Positions 9,801 through 19,500 of a DNA stretch of 64,000 nt are shown piece after piece (positions within the stretch are counted from its first letter, which is position 1; every line of letters begins with the position of its first letter). The notes beneath the pieces were generated by a model. That model was not told where the DNA came from. It ran no database searches and saw nothing but the letters and a program-made list of their open reading frames with translations. The stretch comes from a virus. The stretch covers positions 1 to 64,000 of IMG/VR virus record IMGVR_UViG_3300042892_003815; one strand, written 5' to 3'. The position numbers and the translations under genes were made by a program.

Positions 9801-10988
9801 AAAAGACAATATGCCGGTGATACTAGTTTATCTGAGATTACTTGTGATGCGAAAATATTAAAGAAACCATACACTAATGATAATGGTGGTTTAGACTATC
9901 AAACAACAAGATATTCAACTGTTGATCAATATACAACAACTTATAAAGGTATTGCAATGAAAGGATTTAGAATTAGACAAGCTTCTTTACCAGATGGTAC
10001 AGAAACTAAACAAAACCAAGTTTTAAACTTAGTTGCTAAAGGAACTCCTTTATTCAAAGCTTTAATAAATAAAGAAGCATTTGACTTCAGATATTTAATA
10101 GATTCATTTGGATTAGGTTTAACTGAAAGATCAAAACAACAATTAGTAGATATTTGTGGTGAAAGATTAAACGTGTTTGGTTTTATAAATATGCCATCAT
10201 TAAAATCATTCAAAAACTCTTCATCTCCTAGTTTCGTAAACAGTGAAGGTACTTTACAAGTAGAGTTTATTGCTAAAGGTGGAGACCCTGAAAGTAACCC
10301 TGCATTCCTTTACTCATTCGGTGATGGAACTGGTGTTTCTACAGTTGGTTATTTCACACCTTACGTAACAGTGAATGATAATGGTAGACCATTAGATTTC
10401 CCACCTGCATCTTATGTAGCAACTACTTATATGAGAAAACATATTTCTAATGTAAGTTCAGTTACTCCTTGGACAATTGCAGCTGGTGTTACAAATGGTA
10501 GAGTTACTAATATTGCTGGTGTTGAACACGAATTTGATCCAACAGATATTGAATTCTTGAATCAAGCACAAATGAACCCAATCGTATTCAAAAGAAATAG
10601 AGGATATGTTATTGAGACAGAAAACACTGCTTTAACAATTTATAAATCAGCATTATCTTTAATCCACGTGAGAGAAGTATTAGTTGAGTTAGAAAGAGAA
10701 CTTTCTGCAATGTTACTTGATTATCAATGGAAATTCAATACTCCTGATGTTAGAGCTGAAATTAAATTAAGAGCTGACGTTATTTGTGAAACTTATGTAA
10801 ACAGAAATGGTTTATTCAACTACTTCAACAAAATGGATGATGAGAATAATACATCTGATATTATTGATAGTCAAATTGGAGTTCTTGATACTTATGTAGA
10901 ACCAATTAAAGGTATGGGTATCATTGTAAACAATGTTACAATTTTAAGAACTGGTGCTATTGCGGCTGGAGGATTCCAAAACGCATAA
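6894..10988 (+). CDS. gp18: tail sheath protein (T4 gp18-like, enlarged)
   Basis: N-terminal RPGIFIEEID...VSKKGPVNTP; C-terminal PWTIAAGVTNG, LNQAQMNPIV, LSLIHVREVL, WKFNTPDVR, DTYVEPIKG sheath motifs. Confidence 0.92.
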   Translation: MAIQIGKYKRPGIFIEEIDKSVFSTATVEGINNLVMGVSKKGPVNTPIRLTTVNDLETVFGQLDRNLERKGSFFHRTVSKMLETSPVYAMNLLITDDTLDIIEYKSLSSSALKTNDIKREGPYRRFFDTTGFWKRDTESFINLTKNNTGYSDRAFSFTNLSDRYITVFVVKTAVSGFDRTLLEWYGSVEKMPAYVSTVDYASDYMVDVVVVGGDWSNYRELAVDNRWGQYFNADGLIKEQLRNFANDRNMTLLAYYEGLSLIPYFRDLNGKNIFIETTINRDTDSTGLYCAFNADLVEQDFYTGLVDLIGGTLVGSEQKTIDFLSYKETIVESVEFEQVPLDLPGNVVALFGTYSYIDQMGHAYGDPAQSGVVTNGKNRTAWFTEGAVLHVSVLEGANPGSGYTYGGSGTSSTINVKYLADDSQFEPFCIIGGQYVPVVGGTVSTTLKSINYPYSHATASYTTAFTLNSNGVISSVSSYTANRNPSVGASDIVLGYLTFDVFESEFVESSIEFSSSAISTSGGIFDYVDPSYVDGVYLTQGVYNDFGFGTNSTVHDYYVYDLSDTPGYSQGDVQVVFWGTNAAADSKNYNQYRKIKMFNTILSFINSSYKDRATMVVSEDITGNRTKKSLADMTVTNIVTATSQNKSFVLKTGLSDVSYIAGHGRLIFYKVDNEFILGQNQLRTQNICATDLVGVVAKYSTFYEKYFNGLINTGDFFYDNRLFTDAGGTNPEVILDSAGNIATVNVTFVNGEASPSPTNITAASGITGDYAGYNYIVFESSVGGVASEAALDLGPLEEISFPQSETNTGVFTITQNSVNPTDSAVELAQALGFTSSNNFFAYQVSENVTFEQVTDVTMVYNNLDKHYLEMLLNLDDTLEVNFLDKSLSSVENIDVLTNFTFNVQSELSNLKQTIEIETPSGYVEVPNKILVNGARYTELKVGDFLLTDNEGVDLVLGQTIQRNLTRILSKRQYAGDTSLSEITCDAKILKKPYTNDNGGLDYQTTRYSTVDQYTTTYKGIAMKGFRIRQASLPDGTETKQNQVLNLVAKGTPLFKALINKEAFDFRYLIDSFGLGLTERSKQQLVDICGERLNVFGFINMPSLKSFKNSSSPSFVNSEGTLQVEFIAKGGDPESNPAFLYSFGDGTGVSTVGYFTPYVTVNDNGRPLDFPPASYVATTYMRKHISNVSSVTPWTIAAGVTNGRVTNIAGVEHEFDPTDIEFLNQAQMNPIVFKRNRGYVIETENTALTIYKSALSLIHVREVLVELERELSAMLLDYQWKFNTPDVRAEIKLRADVICETYVNRNGLFNYFNKMDDENNTSDIIDSQIGVLDTYVEPIKGMGIIVNNVTILRTGAIAAGGFQNA

Positions 10989-11005
10989 TCACTTAAATAA
11001 ATATT

Positions 11006-11035
11006 AAAACCCTTAGAGAAATCTAAGGGTTTTTT
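11006..11035. terminator. terminator hairpin after sheath gene
   Basis: AAAACCCTTAGA-GAAA-TCTAAGGGTTTTTT. Confidence 0.85.
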
Positions 11036-11040
11036 ATTTT

Positions 11041-11068
11041 AAACCAATTAGTTATTATTTAATATAAT
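11041..11068 (+). promoter_or_regulatory. middle-type promoter AAAC-N18-TATAAT
   Basis: One of 12 copies of AAAC/TAAC-N17/18-TATA(A/C/G)(T/A/C). Confidence 0.55.
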
Positions 11069-11116
11069 AGAGACATTGATTGTATCAATATATAAATAAA
11101 AAATAATAATTAAATT

Positions 11117-12064
11117 ATGTCAGATAATAAGAAAGATATGAGTGAAGAAGATTACCTAAAAAGACATTTAGGTGATATAGACACTAATAAAAAAAGTAAT
11201 ACACCAAGTTCATTTGATGATACTATCACTGAACCAGTACTTGAAAGTACAAGAACTAGTGACCTACAATATTTTAGTTTTGATGTTAGAGACTTTCCTT
11301 GTGGAAAATTCTATCCAATTGGAACTATGTTTATGGTTAGACCTGCACAAGTTAGAGAAATTCAGGCTTACTCAATGGTGGATGATAATAACTTCTATGA
11401 TGTAGTTGAAAAAATGAATGATATGTTACAAGCGTGTGTTCGTATTAAATATACTGATGGTAGAATAGGTTCTTTTTTAGAAGTGAAAGACCAAGATAGA
11501 ATTTATTTAATTTTCTTAATTAGAGAACTAACATTTCAACAAGGTAATTCACTGACTGTAAATGCAAAGTGTACTTGTGGTGAAGAATTAGCAATAGAAT
11601 TAAAAAGAGACAATTTTAGATTTCATAAAATTGATGAAAAATTAGACAAATTTTATTCACCTGCATCAAGTTCATTCTCGTTTAAAACAATCAATGGTGG
11701 TCAATTTGAAATAACTCCACCAAATATTGGATTGCAAAAAGCGTTTACTGATTATATCATTAAAGAAAATAATGAGAAAAATACACCTAATTTAGCTTTC
11801 TTAAAAATTATTCCATTTATGTTAAATGGAAGATCAAGTATCACTTTAGATGGTATTAAAGCAAAATTAAAAGAATTTCAAGAAATGGATGATATTTCAT
11901 TTCAATTTTTAAATGCCGCAATTGGTAAAATGACTTTCGGTATTGAAAAACTTGGTAAGGCTTGTACGTGTGGTGAGGAGGTTACCACAGAGATGCAGTT
12001 TCCCAACGGAACGTCAGGTATTTTCGTTATTCATGATGCCTTTGAAGCATATATTAAAGAATAA
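11117..12064 (+). CDS. gp26: baseplate hub assembly protein (T4 gp26-like)
   Basis: MVRPAQVREI, DRIYLIFLIRELTF-Q-GNSL, two C-T-C-G zinc-ribbon motifs; next to sheath and tube. Confidence 0.7.
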   Translation: MSDNKKDMSEEDYLKRHLGDIDTNKKSNTPSSFDDTITEPVLESTRTSDLQYFSFDVRDFPCGKFYPIGTMFMVRPAQVREIQAYSMVDDNNFYDVVEKMNDMLQACVRIKYTDGRIGSFLEVKDQDRIYLIFLIRELTFQQGNSLTVNAKCTCGEELAIELKRDNFRFHKIDEKLDKFYSPASSSFSFKTINGGQFEITPPNIGLQKAFTDYIIKENNEKNTPNLAFLKIIPFMLNGRSSITLDGIKAKLKEFQEMDDISFQFLNAAIGKMTFGIEKLGKACTCGEEVTTEMQFPNGTSGIFVIHDAFEAYIKE

Positions 12065-12287
12065 ATTATTACTTCAAAAACACTTTCATACTCAGGAAGC
12101 TGCTATGGACGAATGGCCTTTTTGGATGTTAGAAGAAAACATTAAACTAGTTAATGAAATTCTTGAAGAAGAAGAGAAAAACCAGAAAAAAGAAGAAGAG
12201 GGTCAAAGAGGCTCAATGCCTGACACTAGTTCAATGATGAAAAGTGCTCAAAGTATGACAGGAAATATGCAAATGCCTAAATTCTAA
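12033..12287 (+). CDS. gp51: baseplate hub assembly chaperone (T4 gp51-like)
   Basis: NKLLLQKHF...MDEWPFWMLEENIKLVNEILEEE resembles the gp51 pattern; in-frame ATG at 12033 overlaps gp26-like end. Confidence 0.6.
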   Translation: MMPLKHILKNKLLLQKHFHTQEAAMDEWPFWMLEENIKLVNEILEEEEKNQKKEEEGQRGSMPDTSSMMKSAQSMTGNMQMPKF

Positions 12288-12299
12288 AATAAATAAAAT

Positions 12300-12332
12300 A
12301 AAAAAAATCCATCAATTTGATGGATTTTTTTT
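12300..12332. terminator. bidirectional terminator between convergent genes
   Basis: AAAAAAAATCCATCA-ATT-TGATGGATTTTTTTT. Confidence 0.85.
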
Positions 12333-12351
12333 ATTTTAATATAAGATGATA

Positions 12352-12972
12352 TTAGTAACCTGAAACCAACGGTGGGTTGATTGTAAAGTTATTATCAATA
12401 TACTCATCAATGAAGTAATCATATGTAAAAGTACCACTAACATTATCTTGAATGTTATTTGAAGACCAGTCAAGTGAGAATCCTGTTAGTTTGTATAACT
12501 GACAGTTTTGGAAAGTAACTCTTCTTAAAACAACTCCTTTTTTATCGTGTTGATTTACAATAATAGTACCAATCAAATCACTTTTATAGTGAAGTGCACC
12601 ATTTTGAGAGTTGAATGCTAAGTCATACCAAGCTTTCATAGTATTCCAGTTCTCCATAGAACCCTGTTGATTAACATTAACCTGAATAGGAATTGTAATC
12701 TCACCAGAGGTTTTTGTAGGAGTTGAAAGAAACTCTCTTGTAGAGTACTTAAATCTCTGTTGTTTAGAGGTTATATCAAATTCAGTTAAGTTAAGGTCTA
12801 TCTTAGTTGCATTTTGTAACAATAAGATTGGATCTCTACCTTGTGCTTGTAAGATAACAGGTAATATAAATGTTATCTCAAATAAGTTTAAATATACTAC
12901 TTCATCAGGAAGAGTTCCTGGTCCTCCAGGTGAACCTACTCCTTGTAATTGGGTAAAGTGAGGTAATGGCAT
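12352..12972 (-). CDS. gp19: tail tube protein (T4 gp19-like)
   Basis: MKAWYDL, YKSDLIGTIIVNQHDKKG, VTFQNC, LDWSS, TFTYDYF tube-protein pattern. Confidence 0.85.
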   Translation of the reverse strand: MPLPHFTQLQGVGSPGGPGTLPDEVVYLNLFEITFILPVILQAQGRDPILLLQNATKIDLNLTEFDITSKQQRFKYSTREFLSTPTKTSGEITIPIQVNVNQQGSMENWNTMKAWYDLAFNSQNGALHYKSDLIGTIIVNQHDKKGVVLRRVTFQNCQLYKLTGFSLDWSSNNIQDNVSGTFTYDYFIDEYIDNNFTINPPLVSGY

Positions 12973-13128
12973 GTGTTTTTTAATTATTTTTTGTTTAACT
13001 TGAATAACAAATTATTAAATTATATATTTACTTTTCTGTATTCTCTATCTCTATATATTATAATAAAAAAACGTTTTTTTTCTAACTTTATAGATAAATA
13101 TCATATAAATAAAAAAGAATTTTTATTG

Positions 13129-14247
13129 ATGAGAGTTTTTATGATAACTGATACACATTTCGGTATTTATCTGAATAATTTAGATAAGTGGTTGAATATG
13201 ATGGAGTCAACGTTTTATGAGTTTGTTATACCTTACTTAAAAGAAAATGTAAAAGAAGGTGATGTTTTAATACACCTTGGTGATTTATTTGATAATAGAA
13301 CCAGTTTACCTATTATTGTCTTAAATAAAGTAGAAAAAATACTCAGAGAATTGGCTCAAATTCTCCCTATTCATATAATGGTTGGAAATCATGATCTTTG
13401 GAATAAAGGATCGAATGAAGTAAACTCTGTTAGATTATATGGTTATATTGATAACATTACCGTATATGAAGAAACAACAATCTTACAATTAGGTGGTCAA
13501 AGAATCGTTTTAATGCCTTGGGTTGAGAAACGTTTAGATATGGTAAATGAAATTAGAGCAAATCAAGGAGATTATTTAATGTGTCACTCTGACTTAAATG
13601 GATGTAAAATGCACCTTAATTCGGTTGCACATAGAAACGCGGATAAGATTGATGTAGAAGATTTTAAGTCATATAAGAGAGCTTTCTCTGGTCATATACA
13701 CATTCGCCAGGAGAATAGTAATTTCACGTTTATAGGGTCTTTATATCAAATGGATAGAAATGATTTTGGTGATCAAAAGGGAATAACAATGTTAGATTTA
13801 TCTGATGATGAAGTTACTTTTATACCAAATACATATTCACCAGTATTCAGAAAATATAATGTTATTAGTGAGACTGATGTTGATGGATTGGATGCTTTAA
13901 GAAATTCAAAAGATTATATCGATTTATCTATTTCAAATAACTTACTTATTAGCAATAGAAAGTTAAGAAGAAAATTAGAAGTTTTATTAGAGAATAGTGG
14001 ATTCTCTTCAGTTGATTATATTGATGATATAGTTACTAAAGTTGACGAATCAGTTGATTCAACACCTGATGAAGAATTTGATGAAGAAAAATTAGACATT
14101 TCTATACAACTTGATTATGCAGATTATATAAAAGAGTATATAAATAAACAAAAGTATGATAATGATACTTTTAGAGAAGGAGTAGTAGCTGAATATGATG
14201 AGGTTATTAGAATTTATAATGAGAACTATAGTTCTAAAAAAGATTAA
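13129..14247 (+). CDS. gp47: Mre11/SbcD-like recombination nuclease (T4 gp47-like)
   Basis: ITDTHFG, HLGDLFD, VGNHD, HSD, SGHIH metallophosphoesterase motifs; start moved to MRVFMITD at 13129. Confidence 0.92.
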   Translation: MRVFMITDTHFGIYLNNLDKWLNMMESTFYEFVIPYLKENVKEGDVLIHLGDLFDNRTSLPIIVLNKVEKILRELAQILPIHIMVGNHDLWNKGSNEVNSVRLYGYIDNITVYEETTILQLGGQRIVLMPWVEKRLDMVNEIRANQGDYLMCHSDLNGCKMHLNSVAHRNADKIDVEDFKSYKRAFSGHIHIRQENSNFTFIGSLYQMDRNDFGDQKGITMLDLSDDEVTFIPNTYSPVFRKYNVISETDVDGLDALRNSKDYIDLSISNNLLISNRKLRRKLEVLLENSGFSSVDYIDDIVTKVDESVDSTPDEEFDEEKLDISIQLDYADYIKEYINKQKYDNDTFREGVVAEYDEVIRIYNENYSSKKD

Positions 14248-14249
14248 AA

Positions 14250-14450
14250 ATGAGAGCAGAAAACGTATTTAAAAGAATTACAAATGGAATACTATACAAT
14301 CGTAATTTAAAGATTTATACAAAAGATTATTTACAAGGAATTGTAAGAGAACTTGAACAACAAGAGCAGTTTGAGAAATGTATAATACTAAATGATTTTA
14401 TAAGTAAAAGATTTAACCACGAGTTAAATTACAAAAACCCTATTAGATAA
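14250..14450 (+). CDS. small protein with UVR-like helical motif
   Basis: 66 aa, LEQQEQFEKCIILND. Confidence 0.6.
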   Translation: MRAENVFKRITNGILYNRNLKIYTKDYLQGIVRELEQQEQFEKCIILNDFISKRFNHELNYKNPIR

Positions 14451-14460
14451 TAGGGTTTTT
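14433..14460. terminator. bidirectional terminator
   Basis: AAAAACCCTATT-AGAT-AATAGGGTTTTT. Confidence 0.8.
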
Positions 14461-14464
14461 ATTT

Positions 14465-15223
14465 TTAAAATTTTATAAATAATACTTGTACTGGTATACC
14501 AAGTTGAAGAGCTATAGTAGACCTTTTGTGTCCTCCAATCAATCTATTATCATTACCTTGATTGTCCTTTAAGTTTATAACAAAGGGCGTGGGTAAAGAT
14601 ATTTTACCATTATTTTTAATCAAATCATCATAAGTTATTAAGTATCGTTCAACATCTGCTTTAATTGGACAAGTAGGTAATGCACTTTTTAGTTCTTCAA
14701 TACCTTTTATACCTTTATTTTTAACTTGAAAAGAACCTTTCCATCCTCCCTTTCCAGATGTACTACCGAATATTTTTGTTAAATCTCCCATATTTCCGGT
14801 TGAATCAACATCTTTCCAAGTAACTACACTACATGATTTTATAAAATTTGATACTTCTTTTATACAAGTTGGATCACCGCCCTCTACAATACCATCTTTA
14901 TCTGGAACACCAACTATATCCTTTTTAAATTCAATGTTTCCAAATCCTAAACTTTCAGGATTTTTATTTAACAATAGTTTTTTAATTTCTTCCTTATCGG
15001 TTGTTTCTTTTTTAAGATAATTTTTTACTACATAATGAAAAACACTAGGTATTTTAGCATAAACCCTATCAAAGTTATCTGGTTTAAAAAACAACTCCAT
15101 ATTATTTATCAACTCATGTAGTTCTGATAAAATTGTTTTATCATCTGGTGTAACCCAATCGATTTCAAATTTCATCTCATTTTCATCTAGTATGAATGAT
15201 TCATATACTTTTAAATACCTCAT
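14465..15223 (-). CDS. ParB/Srx-like domain protein with capsid-targeting-like N-terminus
   Basis: Starts MRYLKVYESF; C-terminal PFVI...LIGGHKRSTIALQLG resembles ParB DGHHR motif. Confidence 0.6.
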   Translation of the reverse strand: MRYLKVYESFILDENEMKFEIDWVTPDDKTILSELHELINNMELFFKPDNFDRVYAKIPSVFHYVVKNYLKKETTDKEEIKKLLLNKNPESLGFGNIEFKKDIVGVPDKDGIVEGGDPTCIKEVSNFIKSCSVVTWKDVDSTGNMGDLTKIFGSTSGKGGWKGSFQVKNKGIKGIEELKSALPTCPIKADVERYLITYDDLIKNNGKISLPTPFVINLKDNQGNDNRLIGGHKRSTIALQLGIPVQVLFIKF

Positions 15224-15480
15224 AATTTTTGTAATTTTATTTTCAAATCTCCAGTTCCTTTTATAACTCTGTGATAAACACCCATTGGTATAAAAACTTC
15301 ACCTTGAATAACTTTAGGTAATTCATCATCTAATTGTACTTGCCAATCTGTTTCACCAATAGATTCAATTATTCTATCTTCTCTATCACGATGCCACATA
15401 AACTCACCAGAGTCAGTATCTTGTTTAAACTCTCTGATAAATACATTATCTGATATGATTTCTTCTTTAAATGGTAACAT
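15220..15480 (-). CDS. small cupin-fold protein
   Basis: WHRDRE...VFIPMGVYHRV two-motif cupin signature. Confidence 0.7.
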   Translation of the reverse strand: MLPFKEEIISDNVFIREFKQDTDSGEFMWHRDREDRIIESIGETDWQVQLDDELPKVIQGEVFIPMGVYHRVIKGTGDLKIKLQKL

Positions 15481-15873
15481 TTAACTTACTATATTTTTAT
15501 ATCTTTCTTTGAATTTATCAATTTTATCTAACCAATTATCTTTCACATCACAATCTTTTACATATTTTTTAACTCTTGGTTCGATATATAATAGAAGTTC
15601 TCTTATTTGTCCTATAAATGTGGATAACATTTTAGGATTATTATATAATAAATTAAGATTATCAATTAGTTCTGCATATGTTTTTCCATTTATAAGAGGT
15701 TCTCTAAGTCTTTTCATCATAGAACTCAATTCATCAGTTGCGGTTTGATCGACACCCATTTTAGTTATTTGTGAAAATCCCATTGTTATCAACATACCAA
15801 AATCAAACAAAAAATCATTGATAAATTTTTTGTTAGTAGATTCAAATATTTTATATTCTTTTAAGTATTTCAT
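15481..15873 (-). CDS. hypothetical protein with capsid-targeting-like N-terminal motif
   Basis: Starts MKYLKEYKIFES. Confidence 0.7.
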   Translation of the reverse strand: MKYLKEYKIFESTNKKFINDFLFDFGMLITMGFSQITKMGVDQTATDELSSMMKRLREPLINGKTYAELIDNLNLLYNNPKMLSTFIGQIRELLLYIEPRVKKYVKDCDVKDNWLDKIDKFKERYKNIVS

Positions 15874-15876
15874 AGT

Positions 15877-16455
15877 TTACCAGTATCCAGGGTAAGTTTT
15901 TCCACCCCACAGATGTCCGTATTTATTTATTCTACACGCCCAATAACCTGCAGTAGTTCTATCTTTTTTAGTTGAACACTTATGTCTAGCAGCAAAAGAA
16001 CTTCTTGCTTTAGGATTACTTACCTTGGCAGTTAAACCACCATGAACATCACCAAATGAAATCTTTTTAACTTTTCCAGTTTTAGGATTTTTAACAAAAA
16101 CTTGGTATTTTTTAGTACCACCTCTCATTGGATAATTTAACTTAACTTCTCTACCTTTATATTCTGCTTCATTTAACTCATATATAGTTTCCATTGGTAA
16201 ATCTAATGGAACTATTTGGCCTTCATACTCAGCAAATCGACCTATATCAGTTGATTCAAATAGCTCGGTGTCTAATTCAGATAATTCGATTTGATTTGCA
16301 TCAAATAATTGTCTTGCTTCTTTAATTAGATTAAAGTATTGATTAGATCCAGGCCTAAATACATTTTCTACAATAGGTTTATTATTATCTATGTGATATT
16401 GTAGATTTTCTGATATTCTACCAGAGAATGATTCAAATAGTTTTAAGTACTTCAT
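15877..16455 (-). CDS. capsid-targeting-motif protein with basic C-terminal domain
   Basis: Starts MKYLKLFESF; C-terminus KKISFGD...ARSSFAARHKC...AGYWACR...W. Confidence 0.7.
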   Translation of the reverse strand: MKYLKLFESFSGRISENLQYHIDNNKPIVENVFRPGSNQYFNLIKEARQLFDANQIELSELDTELFESTDIGRFAEYEGQIVPLDLPMETIYELNEAEYKGREVKLNYPMRGGTKKYQVFVKNPKTGKVKKISFGDVHGGLTAKVSNPKARSSFAARHKCSTKKDRTTAGYWACRINKYGHLWGGKTYPGYW

Positions 16456-16533
16456 ATAAGTAAATAATTTTTTAGTATATATTAAATATCAAGAACTCAA
16501 AATTTAATATATAATCAAAACTCAATAAACTAA

Positions 16534-19500
16534 ATGTCTAGCCACGAAAATTTATATTTCTTTAATAAACAAGGAGACGCTCTAAACTTCAGATATGATG
16601 AAACAACTCAATTATTTCAAGGAGATATCCTTTTTGATGAGAACTCAACAGATACTTTTAAAACATATGCTCTTTATACATTAGAGAGAATACCATCATT
16701 TGAATTTGAATCACCAGGTGAACTAGGAACTAATAAATTTCAGTTGTTTAACGAGTATGGCTTCCAATTTTATGGATGTACAAACTCATTAGATAAACAA
16801 ATAACTAAGATAGAACCAGTAAATAATGATCCTGATTTCTATTCTAAATGGATATATGGTAATAACTTTGAGTCTATATTTCCCGTTGGAACTTTGGTTA
16901 TATTTAATCAATCATTATTAGAGTTTACTAATACAGAACAAACATTTGTTGTCGTTGGTACAAAAAAGAATGCCATTCTAATTATATCAACAGTAGATAA
17001 CTCTACTTTTGAGACCACATATTACGGAGACTATTCAGATAATTCCCTTTATGTAGGTAAGACTATATCCGGTATAAATGCAGTTGGTATTTATAACTAT
17101 ATTGATACAAATTATGTAAATAATCTATCACCTTGGAATGAACCAAACTTCTATGATAAAGTTTATAGAGGTAAAAAGTTAAATGTAGTAAATAGCAATA
17201 TAAATGATGGTATTTATACTATAAAGGGTCCGGAGATAACAGATATAATTCATTTTGAATATTTAACTAGTCCTGCTTTATTACCTACGAACTCTGATTT
17301 AATTATTGAGGTTGTTTTAGGAACAGACTTGCCAAAATTATATGATGGTGGATTAGAAATAACTGCTGATGGTAAAATATTAGTAACTGATTATATACAC
17401 TATCCAACTGCACTAAAATCGGGACAAGAATTTAAAGTGGTTGGTTCTGTAACAAATGAAAACTTTTTTACTACTGTTGATACTTATGACTTCACTTCAA
17501 ATAATAATATAAAATTTTATAATTTGGATGATCAAGTTACATTTAATGGTAAGTTATACCAATGTGTTCTGGCTTATACTCATAGTCATGCGGATGAGTC
17601 AACTAGGTTTATAAATCCTAGTAATGATAATATACACTGGTCAAATCCAACATATATAAGAGTAAATGAGTCGACAGTGGATGAATCATTATTATTTGCT
17701 CAAATATATTTAACAAAGGAAAAGTATTACTACGATTATGGATTTACACAATCCAGTTCGGCAACATTAGCAGCTGCTGCGGAAAAATATAAAACCGATT
17801 TAAGTATATTTAATGTTGATCTTTATTATGATAAAGGTTATTTGAAAGGAGATTTAGTTTATCCAAGTAGATATGCGGTAGTAAATTTTTATCACACACA
17901 AGTTGGACCTACATATTCAATTGGAGATGAATATAGATCATTTGAGAGACTTATTGAAGTAAATGAGACTCTTATACCAGAATTTAATTATGATTATTCT
18001 GAGAACTTTAAATACAATATTGTTTTTACTGATTTAGATGAGTATGGTTTAAAGATAATCATAAACAAAATGGTATATGAAGAAGAAATATCTTATGTTT
18101 ATACCGGTATTGGTTTGGATTTACCAAGAACAATTGATAGAACACTTAGAAATTGGCTAACAAGAAATTATATTACTTTATATAAATTAGGTATAAATGC
18201 TGAATTGGAATATACATATGTTGTTGGTGGTCCTATTAGTTCAGTGTTTTTCAATTCTATTGTTATTAAAACTGAATATCCAAATGTGCCAATTGATGTT
18301 AGTTCTGTATTAGTTGGAACTACTGCAAATTATTTTATTGAACATTCAAGGGTACTTTTTAATAATTTAGGACCTTCTTTAAATGTAAAGATAAATAATA
18401 AAGATTACATTGTACAAAGTACAACATCCTCATTATCTACCGCAACAGCATCGGTCTTTGATATTCCACTAACTTTGAAATCTTGGGTTGATTTATATTC
18501 AAATGATTTAAAAGAGTATGGTTTTTTTATTAGTAATATAAATAGTGTTTTAAAGTTTGATATTAAACAAACTGATGTTGCGTTTGATTATACTATTATA
18601 ACAGGTAAAGTAAATTTACCAGGTTTAGATGATTATAGAATAACTAAAAAGATAAAGGGTAATCAAGGTACTTTGGTTACTTCTAATGAAGTTATTTTAT
18701 CTGCAACATCATCTTTATCATTTGAGCAGGAAGGATTCGCTACAGGTATGGTATTTTCACTTAACAATACATATTGGCCTTGGATGAATCAAGAGTTTGC
18801 TATTGAGTTTTTAGATCCACATGTATTAAATTTGAGTTATCAAGGTCCTTTTTGGGATTATAACAATACAATTTGTAATAAATCACCATTTGTTACTATC
18901 GCATTTAATTTAGGATTTGGACAGACAGAGTGTGATCCAATTAGTTCTACTGGTGGTGGCCAATTTAACCAGTATCAGTTTAGTGATACACAATTTAATA
19001 TAAACTTCTATCCTAACACTTATACAGTTACTGAATATGAATCAACTACTAATTTAGTTGATATTAAATATATTCAACTATCGGAGACTGTACTTTCTTT
19101 GGGTGACGACTTGGTTATACATGATTCATATAGTGGAACATATATTACAACAATTACTTTGGATGGTAATACTGATAGTATTAAAATGGAATTTAACCCT
19201 ATAAATAATTATGTTTATTGTTTATCTTTAAATAAAGTATGGATTGTTGATCCATCTACTAATTACTTACTTACGTCATTCTCTTTAGTTTATAATGCAG
19301 TTGATTTATTAGTAAACCCTGATAGCGGTGATGTTTATATTAGCTATAGTAATTTATCAAAGGTTCATATCTTTAAATCTACAACGTTTAATTCGGTACA
19401 AGATTATACAGTTGATTCTGTATTTGGTAGTACTGGTAAAATGTGTTATAATGAATTTGAAAATGATATTTATGTTGTTACACTTGATAATATTTTAAGA

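Noticed and set aside
12973-13128. N-terminal extension of gp47 in the ORF track (also extensions of 27494-27529, 41959-41982, 58027-58065, 11943-12032)
   Set aside because: Extensions run through promoter boxes and AT-rich intergenic DNA; downstream ATGs match family N-termini or the cargo motif.
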